DNA from: a virus | IMG/VR virus record: IMGVR_UViG_3300037869_000009 | Location: 74,094 to 107,034 of that record | Strand: one strand, 5' to 3' | Length of the DNA stretch: 32,941 nucleotides | In this document: positions 1-9,577 of the stretch, piece by piece | Position numbering within the stretch: position 1 is the first letter of the stretch | How the letters are laid out: every line of letters starts with the position of its first letter | Notes under the pieces: generated by a model | Database searches by the model: none | Seen by the model: the letters and a program-made list of their open reading frames with translations, nothing else | What the model was told of the DNA's origin: nothing | Position numbers and translations under genes: made by a program

Positions 1-824
1 CTAGCAATGGGCAGTTCTTTGGCAGCGAACTGTGAAAAGGACCCGTAGCCACGGGCCCGATAGAGCTGGCGATCCTGAATCTCTTTGACCAACAACCCCA
101 TTTCATAGGTGTTATCGACGGTGTTCCACTTCAAGCTGGACAACCGGGCCAACCGATCGGTCAGCTCACCTTCCAACTTCATTAGTGCTTCATCGGTATC
201 CCGGGGCGCCTTGACCACGTCGGTAGCAAGAGCGGCACCAGCCGAAACCACCTCCGCGGGAATGTGATCATCGTCCGATGGACTATCCGCATCTTCCGAG
301 TCTTCAAAGTCTTCATCTTCGGACTCTTCATCTTCGGACTCTTCATCTTCGGACTCTTCATCCGCACCACCGTCATCAGAATCCGTATCAGGTTCCGGAA
401 CCGGGACTACCAACGCTGACGCTTCAGCCGCTTCGGCTTCCGCGGCTGCTTCAGCCGCTGCGATAGCTCCAAGATCAGGCTTTTCGTCCACCCCTGTGTC
501 ACCACAGAACGGACAAAACTCCGTGGCATCGGTGCTGCGTTCCTTGCACTTTACACAAATCAACTGGTCATCAGTCGGAATGGGCTTCAACAAATCCTTG
601 ACCTTGGCCCTGATGGTGGCCAGCAGTTGCCGATTCATGAGTTCGCGATCCGCGTCTTCATCGTCAAAACCTTTAGGCAACGGAAGGCCAATAGCTTCGG
701 CTGCGCGACGCATCGCGGCCACGTCGGGTTTTACCCCTGGTTTCGCAAGCGCGAACGGTGGAAGTTCCTTCGATGCTGCCTTCTGCTTCTGACGTGCGGT
801 CATCGGTTGTGCGGTAGTTGCCAT
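1..824 (-). CDS. Partial CDS (runs off the left edge): Zn-ribbon, acidic low-complexity tract and C-terminal helical DUF3102-like putative DNA-binding region
   Basis: Missing from the ORF track because it has no stop in the window. Manual translation from ATG 824 is open to base 1: MATTAQPMTARQKQK...LICVKCKERSTDATEFCPFCGD...DEESEDEESEDEESED...TYEMGLLVKEIQDRQLYRARGYGSFSQFAAKELPIA. AGGA lies upstream of the ATG. The family call is by motif resemblance only. Confidence 0.8.
   Translation of the reverse strand, partial: MATTAQPMTARQKQKAASKELPPFALAKPGVKPDVAAMRRAAEAIGLPLPKGFDDEDADRELMNRQLLATIRAKVKDLLKPIPTDDQLICVKCKERSTDATEFCPFCGDTGVDEKPDLGAIAAAEAAAEAEAAEASALVVPVPEPDTDSDDGGADEESEDEESEDEESEDEDFEDSEDADSPSDDDHIPAEVVSAGAALATDVVKAPRDTDEALMKLEGELTDRLARLSSLKWNTVDNTYEMGLLVKEIQDRQLYRARGYGSFSQFAAKELPIA
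310..362. repeat. 15-bp tandem repeat (TCTTCATCTTCGGAC) x3.5 encoding DEESE repeats on the minus strand
   Basis: Directly visible. It explains the spurious MKSPK and LHLRT repeat ORFs in other frames. Confidence 0.9.
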
Positions 825-858
825 TGATCTTGTTCCTGTGCCCCGGCCAGCGGGGTGG

Positions 859-1455
859 TTAGAGACTCAGTGCGATTTGCGTTGCCTCTTCTACTGCTAG
901 CCGGGCTTCTTTTTCGGCCCCGCCAAAGGTGCGCTTCGGATACACGGACTGACAGACCTGGTTCGAACTCTTACCTTCTTCAATACACCGAAGCACAACC
1001 TGTGCACGCTGGGGGCACAGCCGTTCCAGTGTTCTCTGCAATCGGGCGCTAGCTTCCCAACCCGTGTTTGGCGCCACCGTAACTTCGTCCGGAACGATGT
1101 CATCCCGTCTTCCCACGACGGCACGAACCCAACGCAAGTCACGATCCCGGGCAGCCAAGTGCTGCTTTACAAGGTCGGATAACCGCTGCTTTACACAACG
1201 TCTGACATACAAATTGATAGGTACATCACGCGATTCATCCCAGTCCGCCACAGCACGCCAGATCTCCAACTGCACTTCCTGATTCAGATCATCTTGATCC
1301 ACGCGTTCAGGACACCGGGCAGCCCACCATTTACCCATGCTTCGAATCAGCCCCATGTGCCTACTGTAAAACTCTCGTTCCGATAGTTTGTGTACACGAA
1401 ACAGCAACAGATCCTGGGTCCAACGGGATGCAGCACCGGTGCTGATGATTTTCAT
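859..1455 (-). CDS. Phage-encoded sigma-70-family RNA polymerase sigma factor
   Basis: Region 2-like motif DQDDLNQEVQLEIWRAVADWDESRDVPINLYVRR and a region 4-like segment LERLCPQRAQVVLRCIEEGKSSNQVCQ. Confidence 0.8.
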   Translation of the reverse strand: MKIISTGAASRWTQDLLLFRVHKLSEREFYSRHMGLIRSMGKWWAARCPERVDQDDLNQEVQLEIWRAVADWDESRDVPINLYVRRCVKQRLSDLVKQHLAARDRDLRWVRAVVGRRDDIVPDEVTVAPNTGWEASARLQRTLERLCPQRAQVVLRCIEEGKSSNQVCQSVYPKRTFGGAEKEARLAVEEATQIALSL

Positions 1456-1483
1456 TTGTAGGCGGATCTCCGTTCATTGGGGG

Positions 1484-3526
1484 TTAGTGAATGAAGTCTG
1501 AGCGACATGAATCATGGTCTTCGACAGTAAGCTGACACTCCGTCAGAAAACGGGATGGCTGCAGCTCTAAAACACGAGCTCCCACCGCTGCCCTGCACAG
1601 ACAGGACAGGTGGAGTTCATCGCGGGCCCGCGTGACACCAACGTAAAACAACCGCCGTTCTTCGTGGTCATCACCGGCCCGGGCATGCGGAATGATCTTC
1701 TCGTTACAGCCAATCAGGTACACCACACGCCACTCCAATCCCTTGGATCGGTGCAAGCTGGTCAGGGTAACGCAATCCACGGAATCGCCATTGCGCTTCA
1801 TCTGCTGCGCGCGATGCAACGTGTCATCGATGTAGTCCAACAGTTCAGCGATGGTCGGGAATCGTTCGGCTGCGCGAACCAGTTCGCGCACATTCGAAAT
1901 CTTGTTGTTCTCTGGGCTTTCCGTCCCTTCGTCACGCTGTAGCCACTGGGTGTATTGCGTATCCATGATCAGGGACTCCAGCATTCGGGCGGGCTTGGAC
2001 TCCACCAACTTGTCCACATGGTCTGTTGATTCAGAGGTGGAATTCGCAGCCAGTTGATCGATCAAAGCACACCACTGCAGCGCGCTGGTCTTCTGACGCT
2101 GCTGCAGCCCGGACCTACCGGAATCGATGTAGCGCCGGACTATATCGGTCCAGCCTTCATCGTCGCCACATTGCCGGCCCGCTGCTTCAAGCCCTTCCAC
2201 AAACGCCTTCCCCAAAAAACGAAACGGAGTGTTGATAGACCGTTTGACATCATCGAAGGTCCCGCGGCCCGTGGCCACACGGAGGTAAGCCAACAGATCC
2301 CGAACTTCGCGGCGCTGATAGAAGTTGACGCCCCCCACCACGACGTACGGAATCCGCGATGATAACAACGCTTCTTCGACACCACGGGATTGGGCGTTGG
2401 TTCTGTACAGCACGGCGCAATCACGCCACGCTTTGCCATCCACGTGCTGCTGCATCAGGTGGGCTGCAATGCCCTCCCCTTCTTCATCGAACGACGGGAA
2501 CCGGGTCACCGTGATCTGACCCTCGAAATCCCGTTCAGCCACCAGCTTGACTCCCAGATGCGTGCTGGGGTCCATGGCTGCAATGACCCGGTTCGCAACT
2601 TCGATGATGACCGGGGCACTGCGATAGTTGCGACTCATGCCCACTACCGGGGCGTTCCATTCCTGCGCAAAGCGCAGCATGCCCCCGGGATCCGAACCAC
2701 GAAATCCATAGATGGACTGTGCTGGGTCACCCACCACCATGTAGTTGCGGTGGTCCTTGGCCAGCAACGTGGCGATCATGCGCTGGACTGGGTTTTCATC
2801 CTGGCACTCATCCTGAATGACGTGATCGAAGCGCTCTGACCAGCGCTTGCGGACAACTTCATCGGTGGCCAGCAGGTGCCAACCCTCCAGCAGCATGTCA
2901 TCGTAGGTCAACAGCTGGCGTTCCCGGCGCAGTTCTTCCGCGGTGAAGTAGGCCCGGGCCAACAACGAAGGGTCCCGCTGCGGACTGCGGAATGGCCGAT
3001 ACAGCCGGGTGGCCAGTTCGATGACTTCCGGGGTCCCAGGCATCAGCCCGGCTGCCTTGCAGCGCCCATTGAACCCCAGCACCAGGGTCAGGTCCGCATC
3101 CTTCCAGTCCATGAACCGATAGCCCAGCGCGTCCTTGACCACATTGCGGTAATGGTCACGATCATCAATCTGCCATCGGGCTAGCTCCGGGACTTCAAAT
3201 CTGACAATGGACCAGCACAAAGAGTGAAAAGTGCTGATTCTCACGTCGGCTAAACCTAGCCGGTCCAACCTCTTGTTCATCTCTTTGGCTGCCTTCACTG
3301 AGAAGGTCACCGCAAGTATCCGTCCCGGATCGACGCCTGATTTAGCTAGCGTACTGATTCGGTAGCATATGATTAGGGTCTTCCCGGAACCAGCTACGGA
3401 AGCAACTTCAAGGGGTCCATTTAGGTGTCCCAAGATCCGTTGTTGTTCCGGATTCAGTTCAATGTTTTGGGAGATTGCAGGTACAACGCAATCCACTGGC
3501 GCTGCAGCAGACGGTTGGATATCCAT
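1484..3526 (-). CDS. uvrD: UvrD/PcrA/Rep family SF1 DNA helicase
   Basis: LNPEQ Q-motif, AGSGKT Walker A, VTFS, STFHS, DECQD, VGDPAQSIYGFRG, NYRS, LYRTNAQSR, SLHRSKGLEW and EERRLFYVGVTRA. Confidence 0.95.
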   Translation of the reverse strand: MDIQPSAAAPVDCVVPAISQNIELNPEQQRILGHLNGPLEVASVAGSGKTLIICYRISTLAKSGVDPGRILAVTFSVKAAKEMNKRLDRLGLADVRISTFHSLCWSIVRFEVPELARWQIDDRDHYRNVVKDALGYRFMDWKDADLTLVLGFNGRCKAAGLMPGTPEVIELATRLYRPFRSPQRDPSLLARAYFTAEELRRERQLLTYDDMLLEGWHLLATDEVVRKRWSERFDHVIQDECQDENPVQRMIATLLAKDHRNYMVVGDPAQSIYGFRGSDPGGMLRFAQEWNAPVVGMSRNYRSAPVIIEVANRVIAAMDPSTHLGVKLVAERDFEGQITVTRFPSFDEEGEGIAAHLMQQHVDGKAWRDCAVLYRTNAQSRGVEEALLSSRIPYVVVGGVNFYQRREVRDLLAYLRVATGRGTFDDVKRSINTPFRFLGKAFVEGLEAAGRQCGDDEGWTDIVRRYIDSGRSGLQQRQKTSALQWCALIDQLAANSTSESTDHVDKLVESKPARMLESLIMDTQYTQWLQRDEGTESPENNKISNVRELVRAAERFPTIAELLDYIDDTLHRAQQMKRNGDSVDCVTLTSLHRSKGLEWRVVYLIGCNEKIIPHARAGDDHEERRLFYVGVTRARDELHLSCLCRAAVGARVLELQPSRFLTECQLTVEDHDSCRSDFIH

Positions 3527-3789
3527 CCAGCCCCCGTTCGATTGGGCTTCGCCCGTTGGTGCGGTGACCCATGACTACTGGGACCGCGGTTTCGGAATCT
3601 CATCCAGACACATCGAAGTCAGCAACAGTTTTCGGCGAAGACGATCGAAGAAAACTGAATGACTACGCTTGGTTACCGTGTGAGCACTGCCCCTACTAAA
3701 GGCTAACTACCCGAAAGCGTTTGTAGTTTTTTTGACTGAACGCCAAACACGGTATGGGGGCGTCAAGGTGGCAACGCCATGTGAGCCCA

Positions 3790-4770
3790 CTAACAACTAC
3801 CTGCCCTGCGCACATCTGCATACGGAAATCCACCCATGGTTACAGTGACGGCATGTCGCAACACCATGGGATCCGCGTCATCAGGACTGGCTGGGAGCTC
3901 GATTCGTTCCACATGGCAGTTGCGACGCAATGCCCCGTGGAGCTTCCGAAACGCCTTGTCCCCAGCTGCATCGGGATCCGTGGCCACTAAGATCACCGGC
4001 CATTGTGATAACAAACTGACCTTCGGTAGCGTTAGTTCGGAACCCAGCAACGCGGTGGCATTGGGCGCACCCACCCTTTCAAGTGCCATCGCACTGAAGA
4101 CCCCTTCAGCCACGGTAACTGCACCCAATGACGGATCCCATCCAGCTTCACCCCACAACGCGCAATCTGGCCGGGCCCCGGACTCACGGTCCGGCATATC
4201 GTAGCGCCGGGAGCCATCCGCAAAGATGGCCCTAGCCGTATACGCCTGCAGCCTCCCGCGCGTGTAAATCGGGATCACGACTCGCCACGCTAGATCCCCA
4301 GTGGTGGCGTAGCCCAGCCCCCACTTCCTGATCTGGTTGTCCGTGATGCTGCGGGCCCGCAAATACTTCAAGAACGGGGCCTTCCAATCGTCCAAGCGGT
4401 CCGGGATCACAACCCCGGTAGGGAACGTGAACACGCGCCGTCTACGGGGCGCCACAATCTTCACCACTGCGATGTCCCGCGGTGCTGCCTGGTGGCCCCC
4501 ACAGAGCCCCCGAACAAACTGCGCAGCTTCCGCTACGGATACGCCACGCACCGCCGCTACAAGCTCCCAGGGGCCACCCCCTAGCCCGCAGCTTTTGCAG
4601 TTGTGGGACCCATGCCAGCGCTCCCCGGGATCATCACGGATGAACCAACTTGGATGCTTGTCCTGGTGATCGGGATGCGGACACGGCGCCAACCACTTGG
4701 TTCCCGTTTGCCGGGCTTCGATGCCCAGCGCAGCCAACAGGTCTGCGATAGGAACCGGTGCAAACGTCAT
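3790..4770 (-). CDS. dnaG: DNA primase (CHC2 zinc finger plus TOPRIM)
   Basis: CPHPDHQDKHPS...HNCKSCGLGGG zinc finger, YLRARSI, RVVIPI, AEG and DPDAAGDKA TOPRIM motifs. Confidence 0.88.
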   Translation of the reverse strand: MTFAPVPIADLLAALGIEARQTGTKWLAPCPHPDHQDKHPSWFIRDDPGERWHGSHNCKSCGLGGGPWELVAAVRGVSVAEAAQFVRGLCGGHQAAPRDIAVVKIVAPRRRRVFTFPTGVVIPDRLDDWKAPFLKYLRARSITDNQIRKWGLGYATTGDLAWRVVIPIYTRGRLQAYTARAIFADGSRRYDMPDRESGARPDCALWGEAGWDPSLGAVTVAEGVFSAMALERVGAPNATALLGSELTLPKVSLLSQWPVILVATDPDAAGDKAFRKLHGALRRNCHVERIELPASPDDADPMVLRHAVTVTMGGFPYADVRRAGSC

Positions 4771-4970
4771 GCGTCGTAGCCCTTGACCCCAGCCAGTTCC
4801 ATCATGCGATTGAGTTCTACAGTCACGCGCTTTTCTTCTTCAGCCAACACATTATCAATCCAGGACTTCAGTTCCCGCGGTGCGGACCGCTTGCCCTCCA
4901 TGCGCATGCGGCGCACCGCATTCAGCAAGCGCTGCGCTGCGTCGAATGCCTCCACCTGCCCCGTGGTCAT
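4767..4970 (-). CDS. Hypothetical protein (67 aa, helical)
   Basis: Fills the gap between helicase and primase, with an ATGA overlap with the primase start. Confidence 0.7.
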   Translation of the reverse strand: MTTGQVEAFDAAQRLLNAVRRMRMEGKRSAPRELKSWIDNVLAEEEKRVTVELNRMMELAGVKGYDA

Positions 4971-4972
4971 GA

Positions 4973-6397
4973 TCAGTTGTCCCTTCTTCCTGGCTTCGGC
5001 TGCTGCTGCCTTGGCTTCACCCGAATCCCACCGATATCACCCACTTCACCAACATCGCCCACAGATTCCAATCCGGGGTCATACGACACTTCGACACCGC
5101 CAGTAATGGCGCAACGCGCCCCATTCCAGCCGAACCGAACGGCCCAGTTCGGAACGCCTTTGCGCTGCTTTAGACAGATGGCTTCAATGGCATCGTCCGG
5201 AACCGCTTTGAACTGCGCATCACGATGGATGCCAAAGATCAGATCGGCAACCTCCACGTATGCCGCCGACCCCTTGATCGCATCCCGTGTGGGGCGCTTG
5301 TCCGCTCTGCGTTCCACGTCTTTCAACCTCAGTTGCTGAACAATGACACCGTGGCACGCATATTCAACGTGCATCGCCTGCTGTCGGTTCAACGCAAGTG
5401 CCACCGCATCGGGACTCAAGTCCACCAGGGCCCGTTCCCACAGGTCCATAATCATCACGTCACAACCCGACTCCGCCACGTATCCTTCGAGAATATCGAG
5501 GTTTCGATCGTTGCTACGCTTCCCCTTCGTGGGTTGTTCGGTGAAGAAGGCGTTGTCCATGAACTTCATGCGGGCCGTGATCCAATCGGCTGCGCGCTCC
5601 ACACGTTTCAGATCTGCGGAGTTCAGTTTGCCCTGCACCAACGGCATCAACTCCACCCCCGTCATGGCGCACGTCATCACGTCCAGCAGGGACTTCGCTG
5701 GCATTTCCCAGCAACCCATCAATACACGGCGCCCCTGCTTCGCAAGCCCCAAGCCCAGGTGCGCGGCAAACGTGGACTTCCCGGAGTTCGGCAACCCGGT
5801 AACCACCGTCGTGCGCCGGGGCATCATACCCTCAGTCAGTTTGCAATCCATCGCAGTGAAACCCGTGGGGTAGAAGTTGCCGACCTGCATACGATTCCTG
5901 ATCTCCGCTTTGTAGGCTCTACTTAGTTCGTGGGGCCGATGGATGTGGCGCCGGCCACCCCCAGCTTCGAGTGCCCGCAGCACACCCCGGGCCGCTGCTG
6001 TGGCCTGGTCCGGGGTCGTGGCAGCGGACTCCAGTTCCTTCACCAACGCTGGCAACGCTTCCTTCAGCGTGCGGGCCCGGGTGGCGTCCCACCGCAGATT
6101 CGTTACGTGCCAATCCAGGTTGTTTGCAACAGCCGCTTCCGCTTCCAGCTCCGCCAGATATTCGTCATCGAAGTTTTCGCGTTCATTGATCAGCAACGTG
6201 CGCAGCGTGGCCGGTGCGTAATCCAGGGCCTTGTCTACCAGTGCGCGCATCGCTCGCCATATCGCGCTGTGAGCTTGGTTCAGGAACTCCGAGTCACTGA
6301 GCTTGTGAACAAGGGCCTTGCGATGACCTGCATCCGCGATCGCGGTGCGGATCAGCACCTGTTCGTTGCTAACATCGAATGCGATTTCTCGACTCAC
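4973..6397 (-). CDS. dnaB: DnaB-like replicative (SF4) helicase
   Basis: N-terminal EQVLI...F...AHSAIWRAM, YPTGF, Walker A GLPNSGKS, WEMP, QQLR...RRADKRPT, IKGSAAYVEVAD and KQRKG arginine finger. Confidence 0.92.
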   Translation of the reverse strand: MSREIAFDVSNEQVLIRTAIADAGHRKALVHKLSDSEFLNQAHSAIWRAMRALVDKALDYAPATLRTLLINERENFDDEYLAELEAEAAVANNLDWHVTNLRWDATRARTLKEALPALVKELESAATTPDQATAAARGVLRALEAGGGRRHIHRPHELSRAYKAEIRNRMQVGNFYPTGFTAMDCKLTEGMMPRRTTVVTGLPNSGKSTFAAHLGLGLAKQGRRVLMGCWEMPAKSLLDVMTCAMTGVELMPLVQGKLNSADLKRVERAADWITARMKFMDNAFFTEQPTKGKRSNDRNLDILEGYVAESGCDVMIMDLWERALVDLSPDAVALALNRQQAMHVEYACHGVIVQQLRLKDVERRADKRPTRDAIKGSAAYVEVADLIFGIHRDAQFKAVPDDAIEAICLKQRKGVPNWAVRFGWNGARCAITGGVEVSYDPGLESVGDVGEVGDIGGIRVKPRQQQPKPGRRDN

Positions 6398-6462
6398 GAA
6401 GGCTGGTCCCCTGCAAATGCAAGCGAATACTCCCCACCCCCATGCTCAAACAGATCCATCGG

Positions 6463-6945
6463 CTATGCCCTTCGTGTTCGGTGCGGATTGAAGCGCCCCA
6501 CCTTCCAGTCCGTGAGCATGGTGGCGCTGAACTGCAATCGCCACGACAACCGGGACCGCTGCACCCCATTCGCTAGGGCCCAGCTGTGGCGCCCTTTCTC
6601 GCGTTCCCAGCACCACTTCAAGAACTGCGCAGCCATGGACCAATCCCCTTCGAAATGGGACCGCACGAACCGGGCCGCTACTCGTGACGCAACCTTGAAG
6701 GTCCCCGGTTCACGGAGTTCTTCGGGCACAATGCCGTAAATCATTCGGTGACACAGCGCATAGAGCCCCACCATCGTGGCACCGCACGCGGAATCCCAGT
6801 CCCCGGTACGCGCCCTGCGTTCAGCGTTGTCCAACTGTTCTTCCACGGGTGGCAATGCATTGGAACTTGCACCACCGCCCCGTCTACGTGTCGCCGTTGC
6901 TGTCGCAACAAAATCCTGGATCCCTTTGCCTGCAACTTGTTGCAT
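6463..6945 (-). CDS. Hypothetical protein in the replication module (160 aa)
   Basis: Co-oriented, starts 3 nt after the upstream stop, and has protein-like composition. Confidence 0.7.
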   Translation of the reverse strand: MQQVAGKGIQDFVATATATRRRGGGASSNALPPVEEQLDNAERRARTGDWDSACGATMVGLYALCHRMIYGIVPEELREPGTFKVASRVAARFVRSHFEGDWSMAAQFLKWCWEREKGRHSWALANGVQRSRLSWRLQFSATMLTDWKVGRFNPHRTRRA

Positions 6946-6948
6946 TGA

Positions 6949-7239
6949 TCACACTCCCTGTAGTTCGGAACGCCATACGGCCAACTTCTGGCGTCCTGTC
7001 TCCAGGGACTTGGCTTCGAGAAACTTGTAGATCTTCGTGAACTGTTCGTTCACGTTATCACCAACCACCAGCTTACGGGTGTAGATAAACCCGCCGAGCT
7101 TGATGCTACTGTAGCTAATACCTCCGATGGGTGCTGTGACTTCAGGATATGACACCACTAAGATGTCACCATCTCTGGGTTCGAAACTAGACGCGCTTTC
7201 TCTTGGGCTTGTCATCTGCGGGATCTCCGTTGCTGTCAC
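6949..7239 (-). CDS. Hypothetical protein (96 aa; start uncertain)
   Basis: Co-oriented ORF between the SF2 helicase and the 160-aa gene; overlaps the helicase 3' end. Confidence 0.65.
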   Translation of the reverse strand: MTATEIPQMTSPRESASSFEPRDGDILVVSYPEVTAPIGGISYSSIKLGGFIYTRKLVVGDNVNEQFTKIYKFLEAKSLETGRQKLAVWRSELQGV

Positions 7240-9502
7240 AAAGTGTCCATTGTCGCTTCACCGCATCGAACACTTCCACCTTTCCATCGTTCCAATCCAA
7301 CAGGCTTCGCGGCGCAGCGGGCAACACCTTGCGATCCCATAGGTAATACAAATAACCCACCTTCTTTCCTGGTGAAGGTCTACAAATACGTCCGCGTACT
7401 TGGTTGAAGAACTGCCTATTTTTCTTGCCCAGTGGAGTGGATACAACACCGGCAAAGAGCCCCGGGATATCGATCCCGGTACCAATAGCCTGAAACGTAC
7501 CAACAGCAATCTTCATGAGTCCGGCGCGCAACGCATCCCGTGCTTCGCCGAAGCCAGCAACACTTTCTTCACCACCCATCATCAGCCCGCATGTGGTGTC
7601 CATCGTTGCGGGAACAACTTGCGCCACCTTTTCGGCATGTTGCCTGCGGTGCGTGAAGACGAAGATGGGAACCAGGTGCTGGGTCAACAGGTCGTGCAAC
7701 ACGTCTAGCAACACGCCCTCCCTACCGGGATCCGAAATCATCGTATCGATCAACTGTGCAAAATCGCGTTCTTCAGGTGGCGCTGCCAAGTACCAATCCG
7801 CTTCGAAATCGGTCGGTACCAATCGCACGATCACGGGACACGTGAACCCGTCACGTTCAACTTCTTCACGGCTGACTTCATCCAGCACCGAACCGAACAA
7901 GTCATAGATCAAAAACTCTTTGCCATCGGCCCTGGTTTCATCTGCACTGAATCCGAAGCGGTACCGTGCCGGGAACGCGTCCACCACGAACTGCACCGTG
8001 GTGGCAGCGGCGCCCTGCACTTCGTCCACCCCGATAGCCCCGAAGTGTTGCGCGAACTCGCGAAGCGGAAAGCGCTTGCTCCACAGCGTTTGCTGCAGGG
8101 CCACGGTCAGACATTCACCGGGCTTGCGTCGGGACCCCTGGACGATTCCGATTTGCGGGGCCCGCATTCCGAGGTGAACCCCGGCTTTCTCTACCCACTG
8201 TTCCAGCAACTGACGATCGCGCATGATCACCAGTGTTCGCTGGCCCGCTGCTGCGAACACTGATAGCGCGGTGTGAGTCTTCCCGCTGTTGTGAACCACA
8301 ATCCCATTCGCCAAAAAGTTGTGCGGCTCATCCAGAGTTAGGTCATAGGTTTCTTCAACACCAACAGATTCAATGGATTGCACCGCACTGATCACCGTAT
8401 TGATTTGTACATTATTTGTGTTCTCGATACTGTGTTCGTAGCGATGCGCGTCATGGGTCATTAGCGCTAGATTTGCAATCGCGTTGTTCAAGGGATTCAT
8501 GTCCAGGTGATGCACAGCCCAGACCGCTGGATCGATGCAATAGCCAGCGGACATTCCAGCCTTCAGCGCCGCGATGTAGTCATCAACCGTGACGGCATTT
8601 AGGTGGGCTTCTACCACCAATCTGTGAAGCGGAACGCTCCATCCACCCCTACCCGACTTCACGCCACGACGTCCCGCATACGGGTGCTTATGAAGCCCAG
8701 ATACAACGCGATATTGCCGCTTCGCACGGGCCGTTCCACTACTGCGGTGACCCTCAACAAATACGTTTCTACCGGGCCGCAAATCACCCAGCGTTGCCCA
8801 GCCTTCTGGCGTTAGGAACCGGTGATCAAGCGTACCCTTTACACTGCGCCCATCTTCCAGGGTGACCAAAAACACAGGCTTTGCACCACTGCTATACGCT
8901 GCCCGTAGCGGCGCCAATCTGATGAAGCCATCCGATGCCCGCGTTCGAACCGTTGTCGGGATACTCGGATCCCACTTCGAAGCAGCATGGCCCCGCTGGA
9001 TATCACCACCGTTTTCACGATGCACCAAATCAACCAACTTGATCTGCCATGATTTGCCTCCACGATTGATGCCAATCAATGTGTCACCACTAAGACATCC
9101 CGTTGGAGCACGGACGATCCCTTGTTCGAACTTCAGGCACTGCTGCTGTGCGCGGGCCTGGTAGGGACGCAAACCGGCTTCTGGATTTTTAGGGTCCGCG
9201 AAGAACTGGGGCCACTGCACCGGGACGCTGACCCGGGCATCACGAAACAGCAGGTGTTCCCCGAGTTCAGCCGCAATGCTGCGAAGCAACGCGGTGGCCC
9301 CACGGGGCAGCAACAAGCGTCCATCATCGGTGCGCTCCCAAGTCGCGATCTTGCTGGGAGTGCCCCACAGCTTCTTCCCCATGGCCCGCATCCGGAAGAA
9401 GTCCGGATTGTCGTGGGTCAAAGCGGAACAGATGCGCTTCGCAAGGGCCTTGGATGCCCCGGAAACCTCCAAGTTCGCGCTGACAATGACGTTGGCTGTC
9501 AC
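7187..9502 (-). CDS. SF2 (ResIII/XPB-like) helicase interrupted by an intein
   Basis: LRPYQ Q-motif, split Walker A APTG/SGKT, VDEVQ, GFSA, IGTGIDIPGL and QVRGRICR. Confidence 0.92.
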   Translation of the reverse strand: MTANVIVSANLEVSGASKALAKRICSALTHDNPDFFRMRAMGKKLWGTPSKIATWERTDDGRLLLPRGATALLRSIAAELGEHLLFRDARVSVPVQWPQFFADPKNPEAGLRPYQARAQQQCLKFEQGIVRAPTGCLSGDTLIGINRGGKSWQIKLVDLVHRENGGDIQRGHAASKWDPSIPTTVRTRASDGFIRLAPLRAAYSSGAKPVFLVTLEDGRSVKGTLDHRFLTPEGWATLGDLRPGRNVFVEGHRSSGTARAKRQYRVVSGLHKHPYAGRRGVKSGRGGWSVPLHRLVVEAHLNAVTVDDYIAALKAGMSAGYCIDPAVWAVHHLDMNPLNNAIANLALMTHDAHRYEHSIENTNNVQINTVISAVQSIESVGVEETYDLTLDEPHNFLANGIVVHNSGKTHTALSVFAAAGQRTLVIMRDRQLLEQWVEKAGVHLGMRAPQIGIVQGSRRKPGECLTVALQQTLWSKRFPLREFAQHFGAIGVDEVQGAAATTVQFVVDAFPARYRFGFSADETRADGKEFLIYDLFGSVLDEVSREEVERDGFTCPVIVRLVPTDFEADWYLAAPPEERDFAQLIDTMISDPGREGVLLDVLHDLLTQHLVPIFVFTHRRQHAEKVAQVVPATMDTTCGLMMGGEESVAGFGEARDALRAGLMKIAVGTFQAIGTGIDIPGLFAGVVSTPLGKKNRQFFNQVRGRICRPSPGKKVGYLYYLWDRKVLPAAPRSLLDWNDGKVEVFDAVKRQWTLCDSNGDPADDKPKRKRV
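8288..9097 (-). mobile_element. 270-aa intein with an HNH homing endonuclease, inserted in the helicase P-loop
   Basis: Starts with CLSGDTLI (block A), has TLDHRFLT (block B), and ends with TYDLTLDEPHNFLANGIVVHN followed by Ser (+1). The centre carries HRLVV...VHHLDMNPLNNAIANL...H...H, an HNH motif. Confidence 0.93.
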
Positions 9503-9557
9503 GTCTTATCACATCGGAATCACGGGCATTTCACGGCCAAATCGATTGCGCTTTGAG

Positions 9558-9577
9558 TTGTCGCCCCGGGGCGACAA
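9558..9577. promoter_or_regulatory. Perfect palindrome TTGTCGCCCCGGGGCGACAA, copy 1 (20 bp)
   Basis: Identical core at 10674 and 16313. Lies 55 bp upstream of the helicase start. Confidence 0.8.

Noticed and set aside
182-466. Short ORFs with MKSPK and LHLRT repeats
   Set aside because: They are alternative-frame readings of the 15-bp repeat inside the real 1..824 gene.
3570-3612. Second hammerhead-like string on the minus strand (CTGGATGAG...CGAAAC...GTC)
   Set aside because: The core is not CUGAnGA, and stems II and III would be only 1-2 bp.
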